A model generated the notes under the pieces. It worked only from the letters and a program-made list of their open reading frames with translations, did no database searches and was not told the origin of the DNA. From positions 1-64,000 of the forward strand of contig CBDBHB010000007.1 of assembly GCA_965205505.1 (NCBI GenBank): DNA of 64,000 nucleotides. The letters run 5' to 3'. Position 1 is the first letter of the stretch. Each line of letters begins with the position of its first letter. The position numbers and the translations under genes were made by a program. Source of the DNA: Acidobacteriota bacterium. Lineage in GTDB: Bacteria; Acidobacteriota; UBA890; WLXD01. Below, piece by piece: positions 1 through 9,931 of this stretch.

Positions 1-1214
1 GGTCGTCGCGCTGAAGGACGGTGCGCCCGGCTCTGGAGGGCGCTCGACGCGCCTGCGCGACGCTCTCGTCGTCGGCCAGGTGGCCGTGTGCCTGGTGCTG
101 CTGATTGCCGCCGGGATGGTGCTGCGAAGTCTGCAGCAAGTGCAGCGTCTTGATCTGGGCTTCAACCCGGAGGGCCTGGTTCACGCCAGCGTCGACCCGG
201 CGCTGCAGGGTTACCCGGTGAAGGAGCTCAGCACCTTCTTCGACGAGCTGCGCGCCGACCTGCTGGTACAGCCCGGAATCGAAGCGGTGGGCTATTCGCA
301 GTCGACGCCGCTGTCGCTGATGTCGCGAACGCGCGGCGTGCTGCCCGAGGGATACGAGATTCCGGAAGGGCAGGACTGGCCCAGGCTCGACTACAACGAG
401 GTCGATCACGGCTACTTCGTCGCTATGGGAATCCCGATCTTGCGCGGGCGGTCATTCGCCGCGGACGACGGCCTCGATGCGGCGCCCGTGGCGATCATCA
501 ACCAGGCGTTCGCCGACCGCTTCTGGCCCGGCGACACCGCGGTCGGCAAGCGGATCCGTAGTGGCGGCGAGGAGCGGCAGATTATCGGCGTCGTGCCGAC
601 CGGCAAGTACTTCAGCCGCGGCGAGGATCCAAAGCCTTACTTCTATGGCGCTCGAGCCCAGCAGTACCGTGGCGGGCTGACCTTTGTCCACGTGCGCACC
701 GCTGGCGACCCCGCTGCCGCCCTCGAAACCGTACGCCGAACCATCCAACGCCGGGATCCGACGATGCCGGTATCCGATCTGAACACCGGGCACGGCAGCC
801 TGGGGCTGGCGTTCTTGCCAGCGCGGCTCGCCGCCGGCGTAGTTGCGGCGTTCGCCGGCCTGGCGTTGCTGCTGGCGGCGGTCGGGCTCTACGGTGTGAT
901 CTCCTTTGCGGTGGCACAGGGTTTCCGCGAGATCGGAATCCCGCATGGCGGTCGGAGCCCGGGCCGTTGACGTGACTCGAGCAGTGATGATCCACGGCGC
1001 TCGGTTGACGCTCGTCGGTCTCGTGCTTGGCGTGGCCGGCGGACTCCTGTTGTCGCGCGCCGCAACCACGGTGCTGTATGGCGTCAGCGCCACCGATTTC
1101 GCTGCCTACGGCATCGCGGTGCTGGTCTTGGGGGCGACCGCCGCGGCGGCGAGCTTCGTCCCGGCGCTGAGGGCAACGCGCATCGATCCCCTGGTGGCGT
1201 TGCGTACCGATTAG
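1..1214 (+). CDS. ABC transporter permease (MacB/FtsX, ADOP-like), 5'-truncated by the window edge; single-base frameshift near 940
   Basis: ORF 80..970 has typical motifs (LVVGQVA, DLGFNPEG, AAVGLYGVI). Frame 906..1214 continues RMAVGA...ATRIDPLVALRTD. The expected EIGIRMA is broken by an extra C in atcccgcatg. Confidence 0.85.
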
Positions 1215-1234
1215 GTCGTTGGCCAGCTAGGCGA

Positions 1235-2659
1235 TCACTGGTTTGTCTCGACCGCACGAGCCGCGATCGTCTCGAGCTCCTCCTGAATCTCTTCTTCGCT
1301 GATCCACCGGCCGTTGACCACTACCCCGGACCGATTGGCGAAGTTGCTCACGTCGTCGGCCGGATCGGCGTTCAGCAACACCAGGTCGGCACGGCGGCCG
1401 ACCGCCACTGAGCCGTAGTCGTCAGTATCGCCATAGAATTGCGCTACCGCCTGCGTACCCGCAAACAGCACGTCGTAGGGCGTCAACCCAGATTCCACCA
1501 TCAGCGCCATCTCGTGGTGGATCGAGAACCCGGGCACGCTGAAGATCTGCGGTGAATCGGTACCCAGCAGCACCGGTACGCCCGCATCGTGGAGCGCCTT
1601 CAACACCCGGCGGCGTAGCGCCAGGATGTTCGATACGGCCTCGCGATCTGCGCCCAGCTGCTCGACACGCTGATTGGTTCCCTGGATCCAACTGTCGACC
1701 ATCTGGGGCGGCATGTAACGAGTCTCGGGGCGCATCTCCAACCACTCCTCGCCGCGGCGAGCACCGAAGAGCACCTCCCAGAGCGCCATGGTGGGCACCA
1801 CACCCGCGCCGGCCTCGGCCGTCGCCGTCACAGCGTCAGCTATCTTGGTGTCGTCGATGCGGCCAGCCAGCTGCCCGAGATCGAAGAGACCCAGATCAGC
1901 CACCGCTTGCTGGTCGTCGACGAGCGCTTCGAGGTAGTTGTCGAGGTGGTCGATCGTCAGTTGACCCTTCGCGAGGGCGTGATACAGACCCACGTGGTTG
2001 GTCACGTGCCCCGAGAAGGTGATACCGATTTCGTTGGCGGTGTCCGCAATGGCGTCGTAGACCTCGCGGCTGAGATCCTCGTGCACCTTGAGATGGTCGA
2101 ATCCGGCGGCACTGGCACGTCGCACCAGCTCAATCGCCTGGTCGGGCTCGGTCACGTTCTGGCCGTGCAACATCGGCGCGCTGACGAGGATTCGGGGGCC
2201 GACGAGCTCGCCGCGGGCCAATGACTCCCGTAGCGGCAAGTGCTGCGGACCGCCCTGCATGCCGCGGACCAACGTGACGCCGTTGGCAACGTAGAGAAAC
2301 AGGATGTCGCGCGTGAACTGTCCCTCGGCGTCCTGTGGATAGTGCCCGTGCATCTCGACCATGCCGGGCATCAGGTACTTGCCCGCTGCATCGACCACGG
2401 TTGTGTCCGGAGCGAGCCCTACCGTTCCAGTCGCCTCCACGGCAACGATGCGCTCCCCAGCGACCACCACCGTCTGGTCGACGAGCCGTTCGGTGCCGTC
2501 CATGGGCAGGACGGTGACGTGCGTAATCGCCAGGTCGCCTACGGTGATCGGAAGCGTGGCTCCGCCGGTACAGGCGCCGATCGCGATACCAACGAGCAGT
2601 ACGGTACATCGGCCAGCAACTGCGGAAGCAGCAGCCTCAGGTCGGCGGTTCGAGGTCAA
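1235..2659 (-). CDS. Amidohydrolase family protein, probably exported or lipoprotein
   Basis: YLMPGMVEMHGH, LGTDSP and GRRADLVLL motifs; lipobox-like AIGAC. A GGAGG-ATG at 2673 is out of frame, so the start is uncertain. Confidence 0.85.
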   Translation of the reverse strand: MTSNRRPEAAASAVAGRCTVLLVGIAIGACTGGATLPITVGDLAITHVTVLPMDGTERLVDQTVVVAGERIVAVEATGTVGLAPDTTVVDAAGKYLMPGMVEMHGHYPQDAEGQFTRDILFLYVANGVTLVRGMQGGPQHLPLRESLARGELVGPRILVSAPMLHGQNVTEPDQAIELVRRASAAGFDHLKVHEDLSREVYDAIADTANEIGITFSGHVTNHVGLYHALAKGQLTIDHLDNYLEALVDDQQAVADLGLFDLGQLAGRIDDTKIADAVTATAEAGAGVVPTMALWEVLFGARRGEEWLEMRPETRYMPPQMVDSWIQGTNQRVEQLGADREAVSNILALRRRVLKALHDAGVPVLLGTDSPQIFSVPGFSIHHEMALMVESGLTPYDVLFAGTQAVAQFYGDTDDYGSVAVGRRADLVLLNADPADDVSNFANRSGVVVNGRWISEEEIQEELETIAARAVETNQ

Positions 2660-2721
2660 GAGAACAGCCTCATGGCCTAACCTCCCGTTGCTAGACCGCC
2701 GTCTCTCGGGGCTTGCCGACT

Positions 2722-3582
2722 CTACTGCTCCCCCTGGACGACCGGTTCCGGCTCGGCTTCCTCGTCTGCTGCCTCTGCCTCGACCGCTGCGGGCGCGGGC
2801 ATGACTGCGGCAACTTGTTCAGCCATCCAGGCATCGAAATCCGCCTGCTCGTAGATGGTGTAAAAGCCGCGCATGCGGAAGTGGCCGAGGCCGCAAAGCT
2901 GTGCGCAGGTGATCTCCCAGCACGTCTTGTCGCCGGCGCAGGCCGGATACGCCGACTCCTCCGGCGTCACCATGATCGGGGTGAAATGCACCGGGATCAT
3001 GAGACCGGGGATGATGTCCTGCTTCACACGCATCTGCTGCAGGGCGAAGCTGTGGATCACGTCCTTCGAGGACAGCAGCAGCGTGATCGGTCGATCTACC
3101 GGCAGATGCAGCTGGTTGGTCGAGATAACGTCGTCGACCGCATAGGGGTCCGAGCGGTCGATCCCGATGGTGTTGGTCGGCGTAATGAACTCGAGCCCGG
3201 TACGACCGAAGACACCGTCGGGTCCGCTGTACTGAACGTTCCACAGAAACTGCTCGGCGACCACGCGGATCTCGAGTGCCTCGCCGTCGGCCGGCGGGTC
3301 GACCCAGCTCGCCCACGCCGGAATGGCGAAGAAAACCAGCAACACCACCTCGATGACGCCGACGCTGACCTCGACGTACTGTGAGAAGTGGCTGGTGGCG
3401 CCCTTGTAGCTGGCGCGCGGATTGGCGCCGGCGCGGAAACGAAACAGGACGTAAGCGAAGTAGAGCCCCCAGCCGACGAACAAGATCAGCATCACCCAAT
3501 GCACTAGCGCCGACATCTCGTCCAGCGCCTGTCCGTGGGCCGCACCATTTACCGGCATCCACTGCTGCATGAGCGAGAGCAT
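2722..3582 (-). CDS. coxB: Cytochrome c oxidase subunit II (CuA)
   Basis: DVIHSF and CAQLCGLGHFRM CuA motif; two N-terminal TM helices. Confidence 0.92.
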   Translation of the reverse strand: MLSLMQQWMPVNGAAHGQALDEMSALVHWVMLILFVGWGLYFAYVLFRFRAGANPRASYKGATSHFSQYVEVSVGVIEVVLLVFFAIPAWASWVDPPADGEALEIRVVAEQFLWNVQYSGPDGVFGRTGLEFITPTNTIGIDRSDPYAVDDVISTNQLHLPVDRPITLLLSSKDVIHSFALQQMRVKQDIIPGLMIPVHFTPIMVTPEESAYPACAGDKTCWEITCAQLCGLGHFRMRGFYTIYEQADFDAWMAEQVAAVMPAPAAVEAEAADEEAEPEPVVQGEQ

Positions 3583-3846
3583 TTATCGCACGCCTCCGTC
3601 AATCACCTTGAAGCTCTCCTTACGCTCGCGCAGCAGCTTGCCGCGGCGCCACATGCCCACGAACAGCATTACGAAGCCGATCTGAACGACGCCGACCACG
3701 GCCAGCATCGACAGGATTCCGTTGTTGATGCCGCGCGCCGCCGGACCGCCGATATCGCCATAACAGACCGGGCACGCCTCGGCGACGGCCGGAACGAGCG
3801 CCGCCGAGGCGGTCAGTATCACGATCGAAGCCACCCGGCTAAGCAT
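3583..3846 (-). CDS. Small membrane protein with signal peptide and CPVC motif, oxidase-cluster associated
   Basis: MLSRVAS...AEA-CPVCYGD followed by one TM helix; abuts both neighbouring genes. Confidence 0.7.
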   Translation of the reverse strand: MLSRVASIVILTASAALVPAVAEACPVCYGDIGGPAARGINNGILSMLAVVGVVQIGFVMLFVGMWRRGKLLRERKESFKVIDGGVR

Positions 3847-4049
3847 CAGATTCCCAGCTCCCGGATCTTGCGTACGAACCGTAGGCCGTAGGCCACCAGG
3901 GCTACGCCGCTCGCGTAGAACACCACCGCCAACCACAGGTGCCCGGTCTCGTCGGAGAGTCGATACTGCTGGAGTGCCCAGGCGCCGACCATGAAGCAGA
4001 GGACGATCGAAGCACAGATGAACACCACGTGAAACGACTTCAACGACAT
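3846..4049 (-). CDS. Small two-TM membrane protein in cox cluster
   Basis: MSLKSFHVVFI..., 67 aa, two hydrophobic segments, coupled to neighbours. Confidence 0.7.
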   Translation of the reverse strand: MSLKSFHVVFICASIVLCFMVGAWALQQYRLSDETGHLWLAVVFYASGVALVAYGLRFVRKIRELGI

Positions 4050-4050
4050 C

Positions 4051-4392
4051 TCAATGCTCCGCCGGGGACGTCGGTGCGGCTGCGTGGATCGGTTCGCCCG
4101 TCGTGTCGGCTATGGTCCCCGCCGGCAGGCCCATCAGCACGATGAAGAACATGAGGGTCAACAACAGGATGCTGTATATGAGCTTCTTCTCGTCGAGCAG
4201 GTGCATGAAGTAACCGGCAACCAGCGACCCCTTGACGGTGGCGATAATCATCGCCAGGGTTACCGCCAAACCGGACGTCAGGTCGAGGTAGCTGACCGCG
4301 ACGGTCACCGCCGTCAGCACTGCCAGGGCGCCGAAGACCATGAAGTACTTACGCACTTCCTGCTGGATCTCTTCCGGGCTGTGGCCGCTCAT
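4051..4392 (-). CDS. Cytochrome c oxidase subunit IV family protein
   Basis: ATVKGSLVAGYFMHL motif; three TM helices. Confidence 0.88.
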   Translation of the reverse strand: MSGHSPEEIQQEVRKYFMVFGALAVLTAVTVAVSYLDLTSGLAVTLAMIIATVKGSLVAGYFMHLLDEKKLIYSILLLTLMFFIVLMGLPAGTIADTTGEPIHAAAPTSPAEH

Positions 4393-4401
4393 CGGGGCTC
4401 C

Positions 4402-4986
4402 CTAAAGCAGGTACAGGGCGGGAAACAGGAAGATCCACACCAGATCGACGAAGTGCCAGTACAGGCCGAAGGTCTCGACGCGATTCGTGAACCGCTCGGG
4501 CGCCGTGTTCCACATCTTGGCGCCAGGACCTAGGAGGTAGGCGATCACGATCATGCCGCCGAGCACGTGCAGCCCGTGCAGGCCGGTCATGGTGAAGTAC
4601 ACCGCCATGAAATTGTTGGTGGCGGGATACAGACCGTGGGTGAACTCCTCGTTGTACTCGAAGGCCTTGACCACCATGAACGCCGAAGCGAGCAGGAAGG
4701 TAGCGATTCCCCACAACTTGAACTTGGCGAAGTCGTTGAGGCGCAGTGACGCCCACGACAGCACCACGGTCACCGACGAGGTGATCAGAAACATGGTGTT
4801 CAACGTGGCCATCGGGACGTTGAGGTCGGCGTGGTACCAGTTGGGGTCGCTGGTCCTGAGCAGGATGTACGACGAGAACAGTGCCCCGAACAGCATCACC
4901 TCGGACGCCAGAAACAACCAGATTCCGAGCTTGGCGTTGTAAAGGCCGGTGTCGGGCCGCGCTTCGACAGTGTAGGGAATGTCCAT
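4402..4986 (-). CDS. coxC: Cytochrome c oxidase subunit III
   Basis: LGIWLFLASEVMLFG, TGLHGLHV and GLYWHFVDLVWIFLF motifs. Confidence 0.93.
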   Translation of the reverse strand: MDIPYTVEARPDTGLYNAKLGIWLFLASEVMLFGALFSSYILLRTSDPNWYHADLNVPMATLNTMFLITSSVTVVLSWASLRLNDFAKFKLWGIATFLLASAFMVVKAFEYNEEFTHGLYPATNNFMAVYFTMTGLHGLHVLGGMIVIAYLLGPGAKMWNTAPERFTNRVETFGLYWHFVDLVWIFLFPALYLL

Positions 4987-4989
4987 CGC

Positions 4990-6774
4990 CTATCCCCCCT
5001 GCGGCGCGGGCGCCGCATCCTGAGCGATGAAGCTGTCCTCTGCACCGGGCGCACTGTACTCGTAGGGACCCCGGTACACCTTCGGCAGGGTCTCGAAGTT
5101 GCCGTGTCCGAGCGGCGGCGAGGTGGTAGCCGTCCACTCGATCGTGGTGGCCTCCCACGGGTTGGCGGTCGCGCGCTTGCCGCGGAAGATGCTCCACAGG
5201 AAGTTGACGATGAAGAGGATCTGCGCCGCCGCCAGTAGGAACGCCGAGTACGAGATGAAGGTGTTCCAGTGCAGCACGGGCTGGGCGTGCGAGTACTGGG
5301 CGCCACCGTCGTACAGCCTCCGTGATACGCCGGCCAACCCCTGCAGGAACATCGGTGCGAAGATGCAGTTAATGAAGACCAGCGACCCCCAGAAGTGCAG
5401 CTTGCCAAGCACTTCGTTCATCATCCGGCCGGTAATCTTCGGGAACCAGTAGTAGATGCCGGCGAAGATGCCGAAGATGGTTCCGGGCGCCACGACATAA
5501 TGGAAATGCCCGATCACGTAGTACGTGTCGTGGAGGTGGATGTCCGCTGGCGCCAGACCGAGCGGCAGCCCTGTCAGCCCGCCGATGCCGAACATGGGCA
5601 GGAAAGCCAGCGCGAACAACATCGGCGTGTTGAAGCGGATCGAGGCGCCCCACAGAGAGATCAGCAAGGCCGTCAAGATCACCACCGACGGGATCGAGAT
5701 GATCATCGTGGTGGTCTGGAAAAAGGCGCTGATCACCGTGCCCATGCCGGTCATGAACATGTGGTGCGCCCACACGACGAAGGACATGAAGCCGAGAAAC
5801 ACCGTCGAGTACACCAGCGCCTTGTAGCCCCAAAGCGGCTTGCGGGTGTTGTTGGCAATCACCTCGGCGACGATGCCCATCGCCGGCAGGACTAGCACGT
5901 AAACCTCTGGGTGCGCCAGGAACCAGAAGAGATGCTGCCACAGCAGCACCGAGCCGCCACCGGCATACTCGAGAATCTGCCCCGACACGTAGAGGCCGCT
6001 GGGCATGAAGAAGCTGGTGCCGGCGAGGCGATCCATGAGCTGCATCGCCCCCGCCGCTTCGAGCGGCGGGAACGCCAGCACGAGCAAGAACGAGGTGACC
6101 AGCTGCGCCCAGACGAAAAATGGCAGTCGCATCCAGGTAAGACCCGGCGCGCGCAGCTGGAAGATGGTCACGATGATGTTCATCGATCCGAGCAGCGACG
6201 AGTTGATCAGGCAGATCATGCCGATCAGCCACGCCGTCTGTCCCATCGTGGCGATAATCGAGAGCGGTGCGTATGAGGTCCAGCCCGAGTTCGCCGCACC
6301 GCCGGGAAGGAAGAAGCTCGCCAGCATGACCACGCCACCGACGAAGTAGAACCAGTAGCTCGCCATGTTGAGCTTCGGGAACGCCATGTCGGGGGCGCCG
6401 ATCTGCAGCGGCACGACGTAGTTGCCGAAGGCGCCGACGATCATCGGCACGATGGCGAGGAACACCATGATGGTGCCGTGCATGGCACCGAGCTGGTTGT
6501 AGAACTCCGGCAGCATGATGCCGCCCGGCGCGTTTGCCTGGCCCAGGAAGCCGCCGATGATGGGTATGGGCGCGCCAGGCGAGGCCAGCTGCCAGCGCAT
6601 CAGCAGCATCAGGCAGAAGCCGAACAACAGAAAGCACAGAGCCGTCAGGCCGTACTGGATCCCGATGGTCTTGTGATCGGTCGAGAAGACGTACTTCCAG
6701 ATGAAGCTCTCGCCGTGTGCGTGGGCATCATCGGGCCCAGCCTCGTCGACGAACTTCTCCTCGGGGACGCTCAT
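4990..6774 (-). CDS. coxA: Cytochrome c oxidase subunit I (A-family heme-copper oxidase)
   Basis: STDHK, HGTIM, PDMAFP, HPEVY, WAHHM, HFHYV and RR motifs. Confidence 0.95.
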   Translation of the reverse strand: MSVPEEKFVDEAGPDDAHAHGESFIWKYVFSTDHKTIGIQYGLTALCFLLFGFCLMLLMRWQLASPGAPIPIIGGFLGQANAPGGIMLPEFYNQLGAMHGTIMVFLAIVPMIVGAFGNYVVPLQIGAPDMAFPKLNMASYWFYFVGGVVMLASFFLPGGAANSGWTSYAPLSIIATMGQTAWLIGMICLINSSLLGSMNIIVTIFQLRAPGLTWMRLPFFVWAQLVTSFLLVLAFPPLEAAGAMQLMDRLAGTSFFMPSGLYVSGQILEYAGGGSVLLWQHLFWFLAHPEVYVLVLPAMGIVAEVIANNTRKPLWGYKALVYSTVFLGFMSFVVWAHHMFMTGMGTVISAFFQTTTMIISIPSVVILTALLISLWGASIRFNTPMLFALAFLPMFGIGGLTGLPLGLAPADIHLHDTYYVIGHFHYVVAPGTIFGIFAGIYYWFPKITGRMMNEVLGKLHFWGSLVFINCIFAPMFLQGLAGVSRRLYDGGAQYSHAQPVLHWNTFISYSAFLLAAAQILFIVNFLWSIFRGKRATANPWEATTIEWTATTSPPLGHGNFETLPKVYRGPYEYSAPGAEDSFIAQDAAPAPQGG

Positions 6775-6879
6775 GAACGCATCTTGCCTCGCGCGGTGGG
6801 ACTAGACCAAAACAGAGTCACGGGAGCTTACGACAGCCGCGTCAGAGGAGCAATTCGAGCCGGCTCTGCGACTCTGATG

Positions 6880-7446
6880 TCATCCGTCTGCGCTAGCATT
6901 TCTCAGCGCTCGCGCGTACCAGAGCAGCTCGTCGACGAAGCGGCCACCCCGGCCCTCGAAGGCCTCGTCGAGCGCCGCACCATCCACGTCGAGGGTGTGC
7001 TCGATGTTCGGCACGGTCATCGCGGCGGGAATCGGCACGGCCCCCAGGTTCATGAGGACAATGCGAAGTTGTTGCAGCACCACCATGCCACCGAACGCCC
7101 CCACCGAGTGGGCCACGATTCCGACGGGCTTGCGACGCCATTCCGAGCCCAATGCATCGATGGCGTTCTTGAGCGCCGCCGGGTAACCCTTGTTGTATTC
7201 CGGCGTGGCAATGACCACCGCGTCGGCGCGGTCGATGTGTTCGCTCAGCGCAGTCAGCCCAGGCGGCGGCTCGTCGAGAAAACGCAACCGTTCTTCGACC
7301 AGCGGAAGCTCCAGCCGGCGCAGGTCGATCAAGTCTGATTGCACATCGTCGCGCTCTCCGAGCTTGCGCAGAATGAAGCGTGCCAGCCGTGGCGTGTTGC
7401 GACCCTGGCGAATGCTGCCCAGCACGACGGGTATGCGCAGGGTCAC
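6880..7446 (-). CDS. NAD(P)H-dependent FMN reductase
   Basis: LGSIRQGR and ATPEYNKGYPAALKNAID motifs. Confidence 0.9.
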   Translation of the reverse strand: MTLRIPVVLGSIRQGRNTPRLARFILRKLGERDDVQSDLIDLRRLELPLVEERLRFLDEPPPGLTALSEHIDRADAVVIATPEYNKGYPAALKNAIDALGSEWRRKPVGIVAHSVGAFGGMVVLQQLRIVLMNLGAVPIPAAMTVPNIEHTLDVDGAALDEAFEGRGGRFVDELLWYARALRNASADG

Positions 7447-8588
7447 GAGAGTGGCGGCTCCAACAAAAGCAACACCAGCAGCGCCGTACGTTCGACCATC
7501 TGCTCGAGATCGACATATTCATGCGAGGCGTGCGCGCCGTCGCCGACGGCGCCGAGCCCGTCGAGCGTCGGCGTGTAGAGGTTGGTTATGTTGCCGTCCG
7601 ATCCGCCGCCGGCGCGTCCGTGCTCGAGCTCAAAGCCCAGGCTCTCGGCGTGACGCCGCGCGGCGTCCCAAAGCGACTTCCCGCCGGCGGTCTGCTCCAT
7701 GGGCGACCGTCCTTGCGCTTGAACCGCCTGCACGGTTGCGGCCGGGTGCGTGGTCGTCAGGCTGCGGATCGCGGCGTCGACCCGCGACGCGTCATCGAGC
7801 GTCGGAACGCGCACGTCGACATCTGCCACACACTCGGCAGCGATGACGTTCGAGCGCGTTCCGCCACCGATGATCCCGACGTTTACGCTGATACCGCGCT
7901 GGGCGTCGTTGAGCGCGAACAGCTCTTCCACCAGACGCGACATCTCCAAGATGGCGCTCACTCCCTCCTCAGGATTCAACCCGGCGTGAGCCGCCCGGCC
8001 AGTTACTTTGACTCGATACTGCCGCACCCCCTTGCGGGCCGTTTTCAGCCAGCCTGCCGACGTCAGCGACGGCTCCATGACGTAGGCTCGGTCGACACAG
8101 CCGGCGAGCCACCGAATGTACTTCTCGGAATCGTGGCTACCGATCTCTTCGTCGGAGTTGATGAACACCACCGGCTTGACCTCGGGCTCCAAGCCGAGGT
8201 CCCGCAACACGTGCAACGCATACACCGTCTGCGTTACACCGCATTTCATGTCATACACGCCGGGGCCCCGCATGCGCGATCCCTCTATCTCGACCGGCAT
8301 GGTCTCGAGTGTGCCGAGCGGCCAAACAGTGTCGCAGTGGCCGATCAGCAACTGCAGCGACGAACGCCGCTGGCGTGGCCAGCTAGCCAACAGCATGCCG
8401 CCGCTGGTGTAGCCCGAATGTCGCCGACACCGGAGACCGGCCGCCGCCAGCCCCTCGGTGAGCTGCTGGAGCGCCACGGTCTGTGTATGCGGCTCGAGCG
8501 TCGGGGTCTCGGCGAAAACGAGCTTCCGAAGAAATTCCACCGCCTCGGAATGTCTGGCGCGGACCGCGCCCAGGACCTTGCCAGCCAT
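7443..8588 (-). CDS. M20 family metallopeptidase (glutamate carboxypeptidase-like)
   Basis: GHCDTV, GPGVYDMK, SDEEIG, GGGSDGN and GAHA motifs. Start uncertain; the ORF is open to 8726. Confidence 0.9.
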   Translation of the reverse strand: MAGKVLGAVRARHSEAVEFLRKLVFAETPTLEPHTQTVALQQLTEGLAAAGLRCRRHSGYTSGGMLLASWPRQRRSSLQLLIGHCDTVWPLGTLETMPVEIEGSRMRGPGVYDMKCGVTQTVYALHVLRDLGLEPEVKPVVFINSDEEIGSHDSEKYIRWLAGCVDRAYVMEPSLTSAGWLKTARKGVRQYRVKVTGRAAHAGLNPEEGVSAILEMSRLVEELFALNDAQRGISVNVGIIGGGTRSNVIAAECVADVDVRVPTLDDASRVDAAIRSLTTTHPAATVQAVQAQGRSPMEQTAGGKSLWDAARRHAESLGFELEHGRAGGGSDGNITNLYTPTLDGLGAVGDGAHASHEYVDLEQMVERTALLVLLLLEPPLS

Positions 8589-8797
8589 TGACTGCGCCGC
8601 AGGCGCATTGCTGCGCACTGCTGGCCGCTGTTGGCCACGTCCTTGCCCTACCAGGCCACTTCGGGGTTCTGCTGTTTCGGCCATGCACAAATCATAGTGG
8701 CACACGCCGGGCCCAATCCGAATCATCAGCTAGCGCATGGCGATTCTTCGCGGTCAATAAACGTGTTCAACAAACTCTTGTTAGGTGAAACTAGCTA

Positions 8798-9637
8798 ATG
8801 ATAGCTTATAGCATCTTCAACAATTGTTGGCCTTGGTTTAACGTGTTTTCACGACTCAACAATATTTTGACGATTCAAAAGACAGTCTCATATCTTCTTG
8901 CTGCTCTTGTCGGGCTGGCACTGTCTGCAAGCGCGGCGGACGCGCAGAGCCTCCGTGGCAGCCGCAGCTCGATGGACCGCCAGAACCACCAGGCTAGCGT
9001 GCACGACTTCACGTTCATGCGCGACGGAACGCACGTTTCCCGGTTCGTAAGCGCCGGCTTGCTGGTGCAGCTGCGCGGCAATCGCGACTACACCCTCAAG
9101 GATCTCTCATACCCCTACGCGCGGCCGGAGGTAAAGCTCTTCACCGAGCGGTTGGCGGCGCAGTTTCGCGCCGCCTGCGGCGAGCAACTGGTGGTCACCA
9201 GCCTGACGCGCCCGCAAACCGGTCAGCCGCGCAACGCATCGCCCCGGTCGGTACACCCGACCGGGATGGCAATCGACCTGCGGCGGCACAACAAGCCGTC
9301 GTGTCGTAGCTGGCTCGAGAGAATCCTGCTGTCGCTCGAAGAGCGCGGCGTGCTCGAGGCCGCGGCCGAGAAACACCCGCCGCACTACCACGTGGCGCTG
9401 TTCCCACGCCAGTATGCCGAGTATGTGCGGCAACTTGTCGGCCGGTCGAGTCCGCGTTCCGGCACCGGATTCACCGATGTCGTGGCCTACAGAGTGAGTC
9501 GTAGTGACACGCTCTGGAGAATCGCGCAGAACCACGGCACAACGACCGACCGTATCCAGTCCAACAACGCGCTGCAGTCGACGCGCATCTACCCCGGCCA
9601 AGTTCTTCAGGTTCCAGTTCCGAGCCGACGGAAATAG
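8798..9637 (+). CDS. Secreted M15/LAS-like peptidase (DUF5715-like) with C-terminal LysM domain
   Basis: Signal peptide ending ADA-Q; SLTR...SVHPTGMAIDL...HYHV zinc motif; LysM YRVSRSDTLWRIA...IYPGQVL. Likely start is TTG at 8867. Confidence 0.8.
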   Translation: MIAYSIFNNCWPWFNVFSRLNNILTIQKTVSYLLAALVGLALSASAADAQSLRGSRSSMDRQNHQASVHDFTFMRDGTHVSRFVSAGLLVQLRGNRDYTLKDLSYPYARPEVKLFTERLAAQFRAACGEQLVVTSLTRPQTGQPRNASPRSVHPTGMAIDLRRHNKPSCRSWLERILLSLEERGVLEAAAEKHPPHYHVALFPRQYAEYVRQLVGRSSPRSGTGFTDVVAYRVSRSDTLWRIAQNHGTTTDRIQSNNALQSTRIYPGQVLQVPVPSRRK

Positions 9638-9641
9638 GCCA

Positions 9642-9917
9642 CTAGTGGTCTGTAACAGATGATCGTTGCGTATCGTGGTGGCGAAATGGGTCCGGATGCC
9701 AGGCGCGACGACGAGACGATGTTTGCCCATCTTGGAGGAGGAGCAACGCCGCAGACGGGCCGATTTCGCCGCCATCCTCCGGACAGATGGGCAGTTGCGG
9801 GCGATATCGGCGTTGCGCCTCGTCGACGATGCCCTCTGCATCGCCTTCCTCGCCGCGCCTTGATCTCACCCGCAAATCCCATCTGCGATAGGCAACGATC
9901 ATCTGCTACAGGCCACT
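9642..9917. repeat. 276-bp palindromic MITE-like repeat with 34-bp CTAG-ended terminal inverted repeats (copy 1); final AG displaced to 11324-11325 by the IS
   Basis: Left TIR CTAGTGGTCTGTAACAGATGATCGTTGCGTATCG (9642-9675) matches the reverse complement of 9886-9917+AG with 3 mismatches; second copy at 50320-50595. Confidence 0.85.
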
Positions 9918-9931
9918 TCTATGAGAAGGCC

